Below, piece by piece: positions 1 through 10,048 of a DNA stretch of 53,840 nucleotides. The position numbers and the translations under genes are program-made. The stretch is from a virus (taxonomy: Duplodnaviria > Caudoviricetes): positions 1 through 53,840 of IMG/VR virus record IMGVR_UViG_3300031227_000060. One strand, given 5' to 3'. Positions within the stretch are counted from its first letter, which is position 1. Every line of letters starts with the position of its first letter. The notes beneath the pieces were generated by a model that did no database searches, had not been told where the DNA came from, and saw only the letters and a program-made list of their open reading frames with translations.

Positions 1-628
1 TTGTGATTTTCATCTGCTCGGCTGCATCCTGCCCCCACTCGCTCATAAGAGCAATGTCAGACTGATGCTTGTCGATGTCGTCACAAATCGCATTGTAATA
101 CTTGGCACGTTCAATCGGAAACTCAACGAGAGGATTGTCAGGATGCTGAATGTCAAGCACCTGGTTCTTGGTGTAATCAAGAATCTCGATGTCAGGACGG
201 GTACGAATCTTTACAACATCGCCCTGATTTCTGATATCCGTTGTGTTTACGTCCGAGGCTCTTTATCCTCGGCTCCTACATGTTTCCATGCAGACCGGAC
301 TATATCTTCGGTTCTTTTTTAAACAAACCGCAGCGCGCTCGTGTCGCTTTACCACCATGCCCACAAAGTGAGCTTAGGTTCCATGCGTTAGTCTCTGAAC
401 CTTCAACCTGTTTCCAGGAAGCTTGGCTGCTGATTGTCCTCGTCTTTACGTTAGGATATTCCAGCAATTCACGCTGTTTAGAGAGAGCCATTAATAACCC
501 TCGTAATACGTGTTGGCCATCCCGGGGAAGATGGATGCTATATAGTACTTGACTAAAAGCATGCGACTCCATTTTTCCGGGATAAAATTGCCACTGAATT
601 GTGGCGTTCCTGCTGCTGCTGCTATCAT
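1..628 (-). CDS. Major capsid protein, 5' part (exon 1 628..497, exon 2 238..<1); runs off the left edge
   Basis: ATG at 628 after GGGAGA. Spliced reading MIAAAAGTPQFSGNFIPEKWSRMLLVKYY...ANTYYEG|DIRNQGDVVKIRTRPDIEILDY matches the FIPExWS...NTxYEGxIxxxGDxVxI N-terminus of P22-coat-like capsid proteins. Lies directly after the scaffold gene. Confidence 0.9.
239..496 (-). ncRNA. Group I intron (258 nt, no ORF, IA-like)
   Basis: P (AATTGCTGGAA), Q (AATCAGCAG), R (GTTCAGAGACTA) and S (AAGATATAGTCC) occur in order. P1 GAGGGU/GCUCUC has U.G at the 5' splice site; P9 CTGCATG-GAAA-CATGTAG; terminal G at 239. Removal restores the capsid frame. Confidence 0.95.
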
Positions 629-680
629 AAGTTTGTCTCCCTTCTCTGTCAACGCTGCACCTTACAGAGAAGGCGCTTTG

Positions 681-1721
681 TTAACCTTGTATTCGGCCTT
701 GATCCATGGCCGTAAAAATATCCGCATTGATTGAGTCGGACTTGGCTTCTTCTACCGTTCCGACGTATTTTCCCCGGGTGTAATCCTTTGTGAACTGGTT
801 TACAAATGCCTGAGTGTAGATGCGGCCTTTCCCTTTTGATACTTCCTGGGCGTTTGGCGCACTTCGTTCAGGTGAGGGGGAAATATCATTCAAATCTTTT
901 AGCGGAGGGTTATTGTCAATTTGCTGTTCAGGTTCGGTTTCGAGCGAAGCTTTTGGCAAATTAATGAAACCTCTAAAGATTTCAGTTACCGAAGCGAGAT
1001 CTTTTTTAGTGTGTGCATCGGTAAGCAACCCCTTTCTTGCGTAATTCGTTCCTGGTATCATTTCTGACAGATACGCATTAAATCCAGGGCTGTCATTTAG
1101 CACATCAAAGTTAACATGCTCGCCGCCTGCCGCTTTTATATCGGCCTCAACAGTCATTCTAAGGTTATTGATGTATGACGAATGGGTCGTGTCCTGATGT
1201 CCCTTTTTCGCCTCTCCTGCCGTTACTTGCGCCTTGTTAGCCGTATCTGTAGCGTTCTTAATGAGCTTCAACATGGTTACAAACTCTTCCCCGTAACCTG
1301 CGATGGCTTCGGGGTCGATACTTGCGATCAAATCTTCAGCGGTTTTGTCGCTTGGCTCCGGCGCTGGTTTGTCCTCAAGCTGTTTTCGCAGGTCGAAATT
1401 TTCATTCTGCAAACCCTGAACTTGAGAGTTGAGTGTTCTATTCTCGGCTGACAGTCGAGGCACTTCAGCATTGTACTTGCCTTCCAGTACACTAAATCTC
1501 TGTTCGAGCGTCGGATCGACTTTGGCCGGTTCGGATTCCAGTTTTACAGGAGCCGGTTCGTCAGGATTGCTTCCGAGGTCAAGAGTTCCGCTAAGAGTGT
1601 TCTCTTCCTCGCCTGCAGTTGCTTCTCCGGTATTCGCTATCTTTTCCGCCAGATCATTAGCGAAAATCCCTTCATCCAAATCTTTAATATCTTGTTCAAT
1701 TTCCTGTGGTAACCCTGGCAT
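681..1721 (-). CDS. Capsid scaffolding protein
   Basis: Acidic, coiled-coil (LEGKYNAEVPRL), C-terminal AMDQGRIQG, AAAGGAGG RBS, immediately upstream of the capsid gene. Confidence 0.75.
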   Translation of the reverse strand: MPGLPQEIEQDIKDLDEGIFANDLAEKIANTGEATAGEEENTLSGTLDLGSNPDEPAPVKLESEPAKVDPTLEQRFSVLEGKYNAEVPRLSAENRTLNSQVQGLQNENFDLRKQLEDKPAPEPSDKTAEDLIASIDPEAIAGYGEEFVTMLKLIKNATDTANKAQVTAGEAKKGHQDTTHSSYINNLRMTVEADIKAAGGEHVNFDVLNDSPGFNAYLSEMIPGTNYARKGLLTDAHTKKDLASVTEIFRGFINLPKASLETEPEQQIDNNPPLKDLNDISPSPERSAPNAQEVSKGKGRIYTQAFVNQFTKDYTRGKYVGTVEEAKSDSINADIFTAMDQGRIQG

Positions 1722-1735
1722 TTCGTACCTCCTTT

Positions 1736-1779
1736 GAGCCTGTTTTCAGGTATTCCGTAGAGCCTGATTTCAGGTATTC
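1736..1779 (-). repeat. Two 20-bp direct repeats, each containing a small hairpin, next to the scaffold RBS
   Basis: gagcctgttttcaggtattc (1736-1755) and gagcctgatttcaggtattc (1760-1779). Confidence 0.85.
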
Positions 1780-1793
1780 ATTGGGTTAAAGGT

Positions 1794-1997
1794 TTATGTT
1801 GCTATCAGTCCTACATCTCGCATTGCTGCCAAAATAGAATTTATTGCCGTTTCAATCGGTGTGTCATCGGTGGCGTAAGTACCTGTTACGGTTAAATCGG
1901 TAATCGCTGATGCCTGATCTCCCACAGAAGGCGGAGGAATAATTTTTGCCACCGTCAGTTCGTCTATTGCTTTTTTTGGATGTCTCACTTGCCTCAC
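1794..1997 (-). CDS. Small virion protein, head-fibre-like
   Basis: GTG start with AAAGGAGG. C-terminal INSILAAMRDVGLIA resembles head-fibre trimerisation ends. Confidence 0.5.
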   Translation of the reverse strand: MRQVRHPKKAIDELTVAKIIPPPSVGDQASAITDLTVTGTYATDDTPIETAINSILAAMRDVGLIAT

Positions 1998-2006
1998 CTC
2001 CTTTAA

Positions 2007-2058
2007 ATAAAAAAAGCCCCACGGAATTCTGTTTTTTTTAGAACTCCAGTGAGGCTTT
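2007..2058 (-). terminator. Intrinsic terminator-like hairpin
   Basis: AAAGCCTCACTGGAGTTCT...AGAATTCCGTGGGGCTTT followed by a T run on the minus strand. Confidence 0.6.
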
Positions 2059-2127
2059 CGCGTTTGACTGGCTTAACCTGATAGGTGCGGCTTAATCCGG
2101 TAGTATCAGGTTGCTATGTGTTTTATT

Positions 2128-2313
2128 TTATGAGCTCCCGCCTTTTATTTTCGGCCTCCTTTTTTTATTAATAATGCGCCGCCTTGCAGCAGTAATGTCC
2201 ATGCGCGTTATGCTATTTGTTAAGTCAAAACTTGTGAAATAAACCCTTGAATCATAGATGGTTGGCATTTCTTTTGCCTCTAACGCCCAGAATATTTGCG
2301 ATAATCGACTCAT
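2128..2313 (-). CDS. Hypothetical protein
   Basis: ORF in operon orientation with GGAGAG upstream. Confidence 0.4.
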   Translation of the reverse strand: MSRLSQIFWALEAKEMPTIYDSRVYFTSFDLTNSITRMDITAARRRIINKKRRPKIKGGSS

Positions 2314-2411
2314 TTATACCGGCTCTCCTTTCGACACTTTTTCAAGCATTTTCACCAAATATCTAAGCCCTCTAATCAATGCCTTTAATATCTGTTTGTT
2401 ATCAATTTCCA

Positions 2412-2771
2412 CTATATATTCAACTCTTCGGTTTTGCAAGTTATTTTTGGCCTATTCATTATAGTTATTTTGTCTTTGCAATCCTTACGTTTCGGTAATG
2501 GTTTAAAGTATGCGCCCTTCATGTGCCGCCTTACCTGTGCGGTGCTTCTGTTGTTGCGCCGTCCTCTGAAAATAATTCTGTATTGATCTGGGTCAAGTTC
2601 TTTATATTTCCAAAAACCATCCTCTGTTTTTTGTAAAACTTTAACTGCAATAAAATCCATATTATGGACCAGCCCACAGTCACAGCAAGCCATTCTATAA
2701 CCTTTCATGACAGGTGTAACCCACTCACACCATTCGTCTTTTTGAGCTTTTTCTCTTTTAAGTCTTGGCAT
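2412..2771 (-). CDS. Hypothetical protein with a CCDC motif
   Basis: WCEWVTP...YRMACCDCGLVH; operon orientation. Confidence 0.6.
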   Translation of the reverse strand: MPRLKREKAQKDEWCEWVTPVMKGYRMACCDCGLVHNMDFIAVKVLQKTEDGFWKYKELDPDQYRIIFRGRRNNRSTAQVRRHMKGAYFKPLPKRKDCKDKITIMNRPKITCKTEELNI

Positions 2772-2781
2772 TTTTTAGTCC

Positions 2782-3180
2782 TTATCCGTATTCCATATCC
2801 GAAAGCCCAACACCGTCATTGTCAAGACTGTCGAGGTGTTCAGTTAATGAACTTCCCTCGCTTGCCATGCTCCTGTTTTGGTCTATCGTTTCTATATTTT
2901 GAAGCGTATTGCTGGCATTGTCGATTATGCCCAAAAGCTGGTCTATAAACTGACAAACGCCCTGGTGCCCATTGACCTGAGAACCCTCAGAAACATCATT
3001 ATATTTCCGGTAGCTTGCGAGTGATTCTTCCAAAAAATCCTTAACGGAGTTCGTTGACTGACCTGCAAACTTTAAAGCATTCAGGGCCGGTAAGTACTTT
3101 CCTTCTGCGCTTAATTGAATGATTTTCAATGCAATAACCCCTTCCCCCCTGGGAGCACGACGTTTGTTCTGACCAGCCAA
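2782..3180 (-). CDS. Hypothetical protein (start uncertain)
   Basis: ORF in the head module. Confidence 0.55.
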   Translation of the reverse strand: MAGQNKRRAPRGEGVIALKIIQLSAEGKYLPALNALKFAGQSTNSVKDFLEESLASYRKYNDVSEGSQVNGHQGVCQFIDQLLGIIDNASNTLQNIETIDQNRSMASEGSSLTEHLDSLDNDGVGLSDMEYG

Positions 3181-3704
3181 AATGGTACAGAAAGCACCAT
3201 CTCGCTAACCATTTCCTTCGCTTCGCCTATGAAATAAGCAAGTTCCTTGTCCTTGTAAATATGAAGACCTTCCTGCCAAATTTCATCCACCTGGGATTTT
3301 CTGTGCTTTGATACTCTTACACGATGTTCCCTGAACAGTTTTTTCTTTAACTTGTCATCGCTGAAGATTTTCTTTAACTTGGACAAAGTTGGGAAGAAAG
3401 AGAACTCTTCTATTTTTACAAGCTTGAACAGGTCCACACCTAAACTTTTCATGGCATATTCCACACAATCTTCAATCGCCATTATAGCACTTACCCTGTC
3501 GTCTCTCCGGATTTCATCAAGGCTTTTATACATTACAGCCCACTGTTCCTTTTCATCCTCTTCGATATCACCGAATGTCCTGTGGTCGGTAATGTTCGGT
3601 ATGTCTTGAAGAAACGCCTCTTCACCATCTACAAGAACGGTATTAAGTTTATCATGCGAACTTTCGCCTATCTTGTTGAGTTCGTCTTTAAGCTGTTCTG
3701 ACAT
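3126..3704 (-). CDS. Hypothetical protein
   Basis: AGGAGG RBS; overlaps the portal stop. Confidence 0.65.
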   Translation of the reverse strand: MSEQLKDELNKIGESSHDKLNTVLVDGEEAFLQDIPNITDHRTFGDIEEDEKEQWAVMYKSLDEIRRDDRVSAIMAIEDCVEYAMKSLGVDLFKLVKIEEFSFFPTLSKLKKIFSDDKLKKKLFREHRVRVSKHRKSQVDEIWQEGLHIYKDKELAYFIGEAKEMVSEMVLSVPFWLVRTNVVLPGGKGLLH

Positions 3705-5712
3705 CCTGGCCTCCTACCTTGTCTCCTGCCTGATTAGTTTTAGCACCCTCGGTTATTTGACCCCTACCTGTCGACTGTGGAGCGTTTTGCGCCACTATAT
3801 TCTGAAGCAGTATGTCTTCCTTCGACGGTACAATATCCGCAGTTGAACCGTCAAGCCCGGTAAAGAACTGTCTCATGAACTCAGAGAATCCTTCTCTTCC
3901 GATCAATTCAAGCACCGCAGGATGAACTACCATCTGTAAAGCTTCCTGCCGTCTTATTTGCGCCTGTTCTTTGTTAATCAACGACTTTGAGCCTGTAGCT
4001 TGTAAATTTATATCCCCCATTCTTAAAACCGGGTCAGGATCTGTCATTAATAAATAATGATGGAGAGCTTCGATTGATCCTTCAATAACTCCGTCAATGC
4101 TTTTAACAACCTTTTTTATATTTCTGGAAGCGTTTGACATCATCATGCTAAAGCCTGTCGCTGTGTTTATCGCTCCGCCGCCACCCTTTTGACCGTAAGA
4201 ATATTTAGGAATTCCGCTTTTATTATCAGCCTCGTTTGAAAAGAACTCATATAGTTTAATCAACTCACTAATCATGGACTTCGGCTGAAAAAACCAGATA
4301 GGAGCTCTTGTTCCGCTCTGAACATCCTTCATTTTGAATTGCCATATCTTGAGTGGCGTTATTGTTTTTATGGTGTCTCCTGGGGCCATTGCGTCCGTAT
4401 CGACCCCGACTTGAGGCCCTGTTATCATGCCAGCGTTATTTGCAATATTTCTTGCTGCAGCACCACACATTCTGTCGGAATCTTCGATTAAATCAGGAAG
4501 GCCCTCGCCCCACCATTGGTCTTTTCGCTCTCTAAAGGAAGCCTTGAATAAATTATACTTTCCTAAAGGATTTTCATTCAAAACGGCTTTTATAACATAT
4601 CTGCCGATAAGCCACACTTCAGCATCGTAAGACTCGAACAAGTCACCCAATCTCTCAGGGCTCACGCCATGCTGAACCAACTGAAGCCCTTGAACCTGGC
4701 CTTTAAATTGGAGCGCATCGATTGTTCCTTCCGGATCTGACTCAGGATACTGTCTATAAGACAGTCTGTCGAATTCGTTTTGATTGGTTTCATACGTCCA
4801 TTTTGTAAGACCTCCGCTGCCATAGTCCTTTAAAACAAGATCGATTGCATCGTTGTCGTAACCCGGAGCTCCTTTTAAACTCTGGATATATCTTGGTTTC
4901 AGGGTATGTTTCTGTATATATCCGTCTTCAGGTTTTCTACTGGCCGGTAGAGGATATATATCAAACGGACTCGGAGCGTCCCATGTTACCATTAATTTCG
5001 TCGTGGGTTGAGGATTACCTTGTTCATCCCATGCCATTATTCGTTTTTTCCTGATAATCGGACCTTCCAGAAATCCCGCTTTGTAATCCACCAAGTCAGA
5101 GATAAATCCTTTAAGAGCTTCTTTCCAGTTACTTTCTACAACAACGTCTTTTATTTTACTTTCGATAGCCGCCTCAGCTTCATTTGCCACTTCCTGCATT
5201 TTCTTCTGAATATGAGCCGATATCATTTTAATTCTCTGGTCTATATCTGATGGAAGAGTATAAACGCCATTAACTATTACCATTTCAGTTTTTGCCTTGA
5301 CTTCCTCAGCAATCATTTCTTTCTGAGGCGGCGGTAACATCGGCACAGGAGAACGCTTAAAATCAAAAGGCATTTCGTTTAAAAGAATATCGAATAGCCA
5401 TGCTTTCGCAGCTTCGCACTTCTCGTCTGTCAAGCGCATAAAAACCGAAGACCCACCCTGGGCTCTGATTTTAGCCAAAACAGAAGGCTCATATTCTCCC
5501 TTGAGGCGACGCTTAACCTTCAGCATTTCGGCTTCAATCCATGTTTGTTTTTCGTCCCTTGCGGCTTCCCAGGATCTCTTCACATAACTTGATAAAGATG
5601 TAACAACCGGGTCTTGCTGTCTCCTGGTTGCCATTTCATCTTCCATAAACAAGGACTCATCATTGGCTATCTGGTCATTGTTTTTATATCCTTCCATTTC
5701 TAAATTCGGCAT
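3688..5712 (-). CDS. Portal protein
   Basis: 674 aa; WDAPSPFDIYP, WWGEGLPDLI...NIANNAGMITGPQV and ADNKSGIPKYSYG segments typical of podovirus-type portals; upstream of scaffold and capsid. Confidence 0.85.
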   Translation of the reverse strand: MPNLEMEGYKNNDQIANDESLFMEDEMATRRQQDPVVTSLSSYVKRSWEAARDEKQTWIEAEMLKVKRRLKGEYEPSVLAKIRAQGGSSVFMRLTDEKCEAAKAWLFDILLNEMPFDFKRSPVPMLPPPQKEMIAEEVKAKTEMVIVNGVYTLPSDIDQRIKMISAHIQKKMQEVANEAEAAIESKIKDVVVESNWKEALKGFISDLVDYKAGFLEGPIIRKKRIMAWDEQGNPQPTTKLMVTWDAPSPFDIYPLPASRKPEDGYIQKHTLKPRYIQSLKGAPGYDNDAIDLVLKDYGSGGLTKWTYETNQNEFDRLSYRQYPESDPEGTIDALQFKGQVQGLQLVQHGVSPERLGDLFESYDAEVWLIGRYVIKAVLNENPLGKYNLFKASFRERKDQWWGEGLPDLIEDSDRMCGAAARNIANNAGMITGPQVGVDTDAMAPGDTIKTITPLKIWQFKMKDVQSGTRAPIWFFQPKSMISELIKLYEFFSNEADNKSGIPKYSYGQKGGGGAINTATGFSMMMSNASRNIKKVVKSIDGVIEGSIEALHHYLLMTDPDPVLRMGDINLQATGSKSLINKEQAQIRRQEALQMVVHPAVLELIGREGFSEFMRQFFTGLDGSTADIVPSKEDILLQNIVAQNAPQSTGRGQITEGAKTNQAGDKVGGQDVRTA

Positions 5713-5715
5713 AAT

Positions 5716-6024
5716 TTACCCCTTCGGATCGTACTCAATATGAAAGTGGTTTCCTTCTAATATTACATCAAAATCTTTTCCAAGACTCTCCTTTAAGTCT
5801 TTTTCAAGGTCTTTCAGTGTGATTGTAATGCGCTTCTTCGGCCTTCTAAGGTCAATGGCTAAATCGGCATAATGAAGCGAATTTGCCCCATGATCGCCCT
5901 CGTATGTTGACGATATAACGGCTTCTCCATATCCATTCCTCTCGAAGATGTTGTCAATCAGGTCTAATTTGCGCCTGATAGGTCTTTTTAACCTCGCTAT
6001 GTCAACGCCGAGTTTTAAAAGCAT
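5716..6024 (-). CDS. Endolysin, peptidase M15-like Zn peptidase
   Basis: SLHYADLAIDL (H-x6-D) and HFHIEYD (HxH) zinc ligands. Confidence 0.75.
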   Translation of the reverse strand: MLLKLGVDIARLKRPIRRKLDLIDNIFERNGYGEAVISSTYEGDHGANSLHYADLAIDLRRPKKRITITLKDLEKDLKESLGKDFDVILEGNHFHIEYDPKG

Positions 6025-6326
6025 TATCCGTCTCCGTTCTTAATGAGTGTTTTAATTTCGCGAAGCTCCTTAAATGTCAAATCTTTTAGTGTGGTCATCT
6101 CCTGTGTAATATGTTCCCGCATTTTCAACCCCGCATTTTCACATACAAGGCCATGTTTTTCATTTGTGATATGCTCGCCACTTTTCGTTTCGAGTTTTTC
6201 TATCTTTTCATCCTGGGTCTTAGCCTTATCATTAATCTTGTTATTCTGACCCCTTAAAATAAAACCAAGTAGCCCGAATTGAGCAAAAAGTGTCGTCCCC
6301 GCTATTACTGTTACAACATCACTCAT
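6024..6326 (-). CDS. Holin-like protein (one N-terminal TM plus coiled coil)
   Basis: Hydrophobic N-terminus; coupled to the endolysin gene. Confidence 0.45.
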   Translation of the reverse strand: MSDVVTVIAGTTLFAQFGLLGFILRGQNNKINDKAKTQDEKIEKLETKSGEHITNEKHGLVCENAGLKMREHITQEMTTLKDLTFKELREIKTLIKNGDG

Positions 6327-6367
6327 TTTAAACCTCCGATCAGATTGAGTCAGTTGTCTTTATTTTA

Positions 6368-6688
6368 TTACTCCGAAGAAACAAGACGGAAACCCCCCGG
6401 AGTTGTCGGCTTTCCCAAAGACACCGAATCGCTGTGGTCACTTTCGCCTATAATATTTGATGCCGTAACAGTAAAAATAACATCAGCATCTCCACTTGGG
6501 AGAGTAAGCGATGATACAAGAATCTCTGTAACCATCCCAACGTCCTGCGGCGCTCCGTCCACATAGACAGTATATTTTTCTACAATGCCCTCCGAAGCCG
6601 TCCACGACAATGTTGTCTCTGCACTCGCTACCCCTGCCAAAAAACAAACTGCCAAAATTGCGATAAATAAAGCTTTAAACATTTTCAT
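6368..6688 (-). CDS. Secreted fibronectin-III-like protein
   Basis: Signal peptide ending GVASA; TLSWTAS...YTVY...FTVTASNIIGES FN3 pattern. Confidence 0.75.
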   Translation of the reverse strand: MKMFKALFIAILAVCFLAGVASAETTLSWTASEGIVEKYTVYVDGAPQDVGMVTEILVSSLTLPSGDADVIFTVTASNIIGESDHSDSVSLGKPTTPGGFRLVSSE

Positions 6689-6689
6689 T

Positions 6690-8468
6690 TTATTGTGCTC
6701 CTATGCTGTGTGTTGATCCAGCCGTTAAAGAGTGTGTTGATCCAGTTGTCAGTGAATGTTCGTGAGGCAATGCTGGGCTCCCTTGAACAACTATGTCCAC
6801 CTGTGTTGAACTTTCATTTGTATAGCCAAGCTCATCCTGCCCTCTAACATATTGTGTCTCAGTAACTCCACAGGATAGCGAACTTAAAGTCTCTGAATGA
6901 CTCGTATCATCAGTATTCGTAAATGTATCCCCCATGCTCCCAAAAGCCACATCTGAGGAATCATATTTTAATTCTACATTTAATATTGTTGAGAACACCA
7001 TGTCGTGATTCAGTGGGTCGGTTACACAGGAAACAGGGGTGCTTGTCAAATTAGTCAAGGTTGGAGGAACTCCATACAAATCAGCCCCTATTTCCCATCC
7101 TGAACCATAATCATCTTGATCTCCTGCAACCACACTTGCCGGAAACGTTGATCCTTCAGCGTCTACTATAATGTCATAAGGAGAACCTAAGTTTATTGCC
7201 GAATTAATCGCTGGAGAGCCTACTTGAAGTGCAAAATCAGTTACAACTACGTTTTCACCACCCAACTCTCTCCATCCCGACGTTCTTAGAATCACAGGAT
7301 CAGCATAGGAAAGATCGTTAGCTCCCTTGGCATTCGTATCAGGCTCAGATGACCACAAATTGTAGTCAAAGTCTATATCGCTGTCAGCAGTCCATGACAA
7401 ATTACTACAACCCCCGCCCGTAATACAATAAAAAATGTTATCCTTTATTTCAGAGTTTTCAGCATCCTTGTTGCCATAGAAACCCATGTTTCTAACATTA
7501 TCCACAAGAGTATTACTGTAAATTTTATGATCTTTAAAAACAGCATCCTCATGTGAAGTACCGAAGTAAAATCCAACATAGCAGTAAGCAATAAAGTTAC
7601 CATATATTTCTACATTTTCCGAGTAAGCGTCATTGTGCCACTGTTCGTCATCTATCATAATTCCGTGACCGTTAGAATCACTTCCATGTCCAAAGATTAG
7701 ATTATATCTTATTATATTATTCCTGCTTGAACCGTTATATATATTAACTCTTCGGTTCTCATAAACGAAGTTGTTTTCAACAAGACTATTGGTAGTGTGG
7801 TAGTAAAGACCAATACCCTCTCCCCAATTATTATGGACAGTGTTGTCGCTAAAAGTCATGCTATCGCAACCATTCATACAAAAAATTGCAGCAGGCCAAT
7901 CAGCTACTTGATATACCCATGCAACATCTGTTACTGTGCACCCTATAGCAGAACAGTTATTGCTTGGGCCACCAAAACCAATCCCCGTTCTATATGCTTT
8001 GTTTACGTCACAATTTAAGACATCAATATACGAAGACTCATCAACCCAAATAGCCCTGGCAAGAGAGTTGACCACTCTGATATTCGTAAGAGTTATATAG
8101 GATTGAGTATCTATGCCGATTAGATGTGACCACGTAGCAGTTGGATAAGTATATTCTCCGTCTATTGTTGGCTTGGTTCCACTTACCCCTATTGTTCCAG
8201 ACCCATAATAAGCTCCGACAATTGCCGGGTTGCCTGCATCAACACCACTCCAGTCTATATTTAAAGTTTCGCCTGTCCAAGTGTCATCACACTTGAAATA
8301 AACGTCATCACCAGCTACCCAGTCACTCTTTGCATTCACTTCAGCCAAAGTAAAAGCGGTGGCATCTGACAAACCATCTCCGCCACTTGCATCATCTCGA
8401 CAGTAATAATTAGTAGCCCAAACACTCTGAGCGTAAAGCAAAAACAATACGATAAGCAGTTTCTTCAT
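6690..8468 (-). CDS. Secreted right-handed beta-helix protein
   Basis: Signal MKKLLIVLFLLYAQSVWA; Asn-ladder repeats (NTVHNN, ENNFVYEN, RYNLIF); FALQVGSPAINSA...EIGAD. Confidence 0.8.
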   Translation of the reverse strand: MKKLLIVLFLLYAQSVWATNYYCRDDASGGDGLSDATAFTLAEVNAKSDWVAGDDVYFKCDDTWTGETLNIDWSGVDAGNPAIVGAYYGSGTIGVSGTKPTIDGEYTYPTATWSHLIGIDTQSYITLTNIRVVNSLARAIWVDESSYIDVLNCDVNKAYRTGIGFGGPSNNCSAIGCTVTDVAWVYQVADWPAAIFCMNGCDSMTFSDNTVHNNWGEGIGLYYHTTNSLVENNFVYENRRVNIYNGSSRNNIIRYNLIFGHGSDSNGHGIMIDDEQWHNDAYSENVEIYGNFIAYCYVGFYFGTSHEDAVFKDHKIYSNTLVDNVRNMGFYGNKDAENSEIKDNIFYCITGGGCSNLSWTADSDIDFDYNLWSSEPDTNAKGANDLSYADPVILRTSGWRELGGENVVVTDFALQVGSPAINSAINLGSPYDIIVDAEGSTFPASVVAGDQDDYGSGWEIGADLYGVPPTLTNLTSTPVSCVTDPLNHDMVFSTILNVELKYDSSDVAFGSMGDTFTNTDDTSHSETLSSLSCGVTETQYVRGQDELGYTNESSTQVDIVVQGSPALPHEHSLTTGSTHSLTAGSTHSIGAQ

Positions 8469-9052
8469 TCCGTTACCCTCAAAATAACTCCCATATCATC
8501 TGCCGCAGAAGTAGCCCAACTCGTAGCCGTTGGATCAGGTGCGCCCGAATGCACCGGCGCAGTGTCATAAAAAATATCAACACTACTTCCCCCATCGTCG
8601 TAACCTAATTTTGGATCTCCATCACTCGCATCCCACGCAAGACCATAGTAAAGATCATTGTCGCCCGATGTGTAATTAAGGTTCTGCCCACCGACCACAT
8701 TTAGCGATAAATAACCTGTCCAGCCAACCCCAGGCGTACCCAAGGCATCTGAATATCCAATTAACGCAGTTTCGCGATAGACAACGAGCCACGCATTTGT
8801 AGTCCAGCTATCATTCCGCACATACGCATTGATCCCTGTGATTGTCCCGCTTACTATAGGGTCATATTTGTTACAGTATGTACTATCAACAGGAGTCCCC
8901 CACGAAGTCCAAGAGCCAACAGGAGCAGAGGGCGTTCCGGCAGTATTCGGGAAGCCGTAATATTTAACTTCATGTGTTCCAGCGTAATACCAGCCCCCGG
9001 AAGCGAGTGCCGGAATCAGTAATAGAATGAGTATGTATTTAATCAACCGCAT
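8465..9052 (-). CDS. Secreted beta-rich protein (probable start 9052)
   Basis: MRLIKYILILLLIPALASG signal peptide; the start overlaps the end of the upstream gene. Confidence 0.7.
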   Translation of the reverse strand: MRLIKYILILLLIPALASGGWYYAGTHEVKYYGFPNTAGTPSAPVGSWTSWGTPVDSTYCNKYDPIVSGTITGINAYVRNDSWTTNAWLVVYRETALIGYSDALGTPGVGWTGYLSLNVVGGQNLNYTSGDNDLYYGLAWDASDGDPKLGYDDGGSSVDIFYDTAPVHSGAPDPTATSWATSAADDMGVILRVTE

Positions 9053-10025
9053 AATACCACATTTCAAAGATAACTTGTTCCCCTGTCGCTGTATAGGCTG
9101 TATCAAAGTCGAGGAAGATAACTTGTCCATTTGCCACCACGCTTCCATCAGTGTTAATATTTGTATATGTGTCTTCTCCGGACACTCCACTTGTAGTTTC
9201 GAGGTCACCCATTGTTGCAGCAGAACCTTGCCCAATAAACGCTGTTGCTCTTTTTAACAGCACATGGACTGTACCGAATTCAGTACCAGGGTCTTGTGAA
9301 AAAGATACTGACCACTCAACAATCCTTATACCATTAGGGGCATTGTCCCCTACAGTCATAAGCAATAGAGCATCAACATCTCCGGCGCAAACCGCTACCG
9401 GATCAAATGACCAAGACTTATGAAGCGGCCCACCTACGAGATACTCTTCAGCTATTTCATCTCCTGCGCCTACGACATGAATAAAGTCATCAGTAGAGGT
9501 TATCTGTCCGAACTCAGCCTTGCCCGTACCGTGAAAGCTGATTGTTGGATCACCCGAATCATTCGTAATGTCTATCCTATCCGTACCATCCTTACGAAAA
9601 CTAATAAATCCAGCAGTGCCAAGTGTCCAAGCGTGTCCATACGTTCCCATGTTGTAATTCATGGCTCCGGTCGGATTGTCCAAATTATTAATCGGAGCCG
9701 TGAAAAGACTGAATGTTATATTACCATAATCAAGCTCATTGTCGGCCACTGTGCTTGCACTCAAAGCGCCTCCAGCTTCCAGGTCGGTTCCCACTCCAAG
9801 TATGTTTGCATAAGTATCCGCCGTTGACAGGCCGGTAGAAACGTCTATGATATATGCTTTGTCTCCAGGTGCAGGCCCACCGGCCGGAGCCGATAGATCC
9901 GACACTTTACTATCAGCAGCCCATACAGTCGAGACACTAATAAATAAAAACACGAACCAGACTGTCGTTTGGGCCTTGATCGTTGGATTTTTAAGGAAAG
10001 CTGTTATTCGTTTCATATTTTTCAT
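9039..10025 (-). CDS. Tail-fibre-like protein with signal peptide
   Basis: VWFVFLFISVSTVWA followed by ADSKVSDLSAPAGG, paralogous to the mature N-terminus of the 1303-aa protein. Confidence 0.7.
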   Translation of the reverse strand: MKNMKRITAFLKNPTIKAQTTVWFVFLFISVSTVWAADSKVSDLSAPAGGPAPGDKAYIIDVSTGLSTADTYANILGVGTDLEAGGALSASTVADNELDYGNITFSLFTAPINNLDNPTGAMNYNMGTYGHAWTLGTAGFISFRKDGTDRIDITNDSGDPTISFHGTGKAEFGQITSTDDFIHVVGAGDEIAEEYLVGGPLHKSWSFDPVAVCAGDVDALLLMTVGDNAPNGIRIVEWSVSFSQDPGTEFGTVHVLLKRATAFIGQGSAATMGDLETTSGVSGEDTYTNINTDGSVVANGQVIFLDFDTAYTATGEQVIFEMWYYAVD

Positions 10026-10048
10026 TTTATCACTCCGGTCTATGCTCC

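Noticed and set aside
300-572. 90-aa minus-strand ORF and overlapping plus-strand ORFs
   Set aside because: They overlap capsid exons and the intron core out of frame; no endonuclease motifs.
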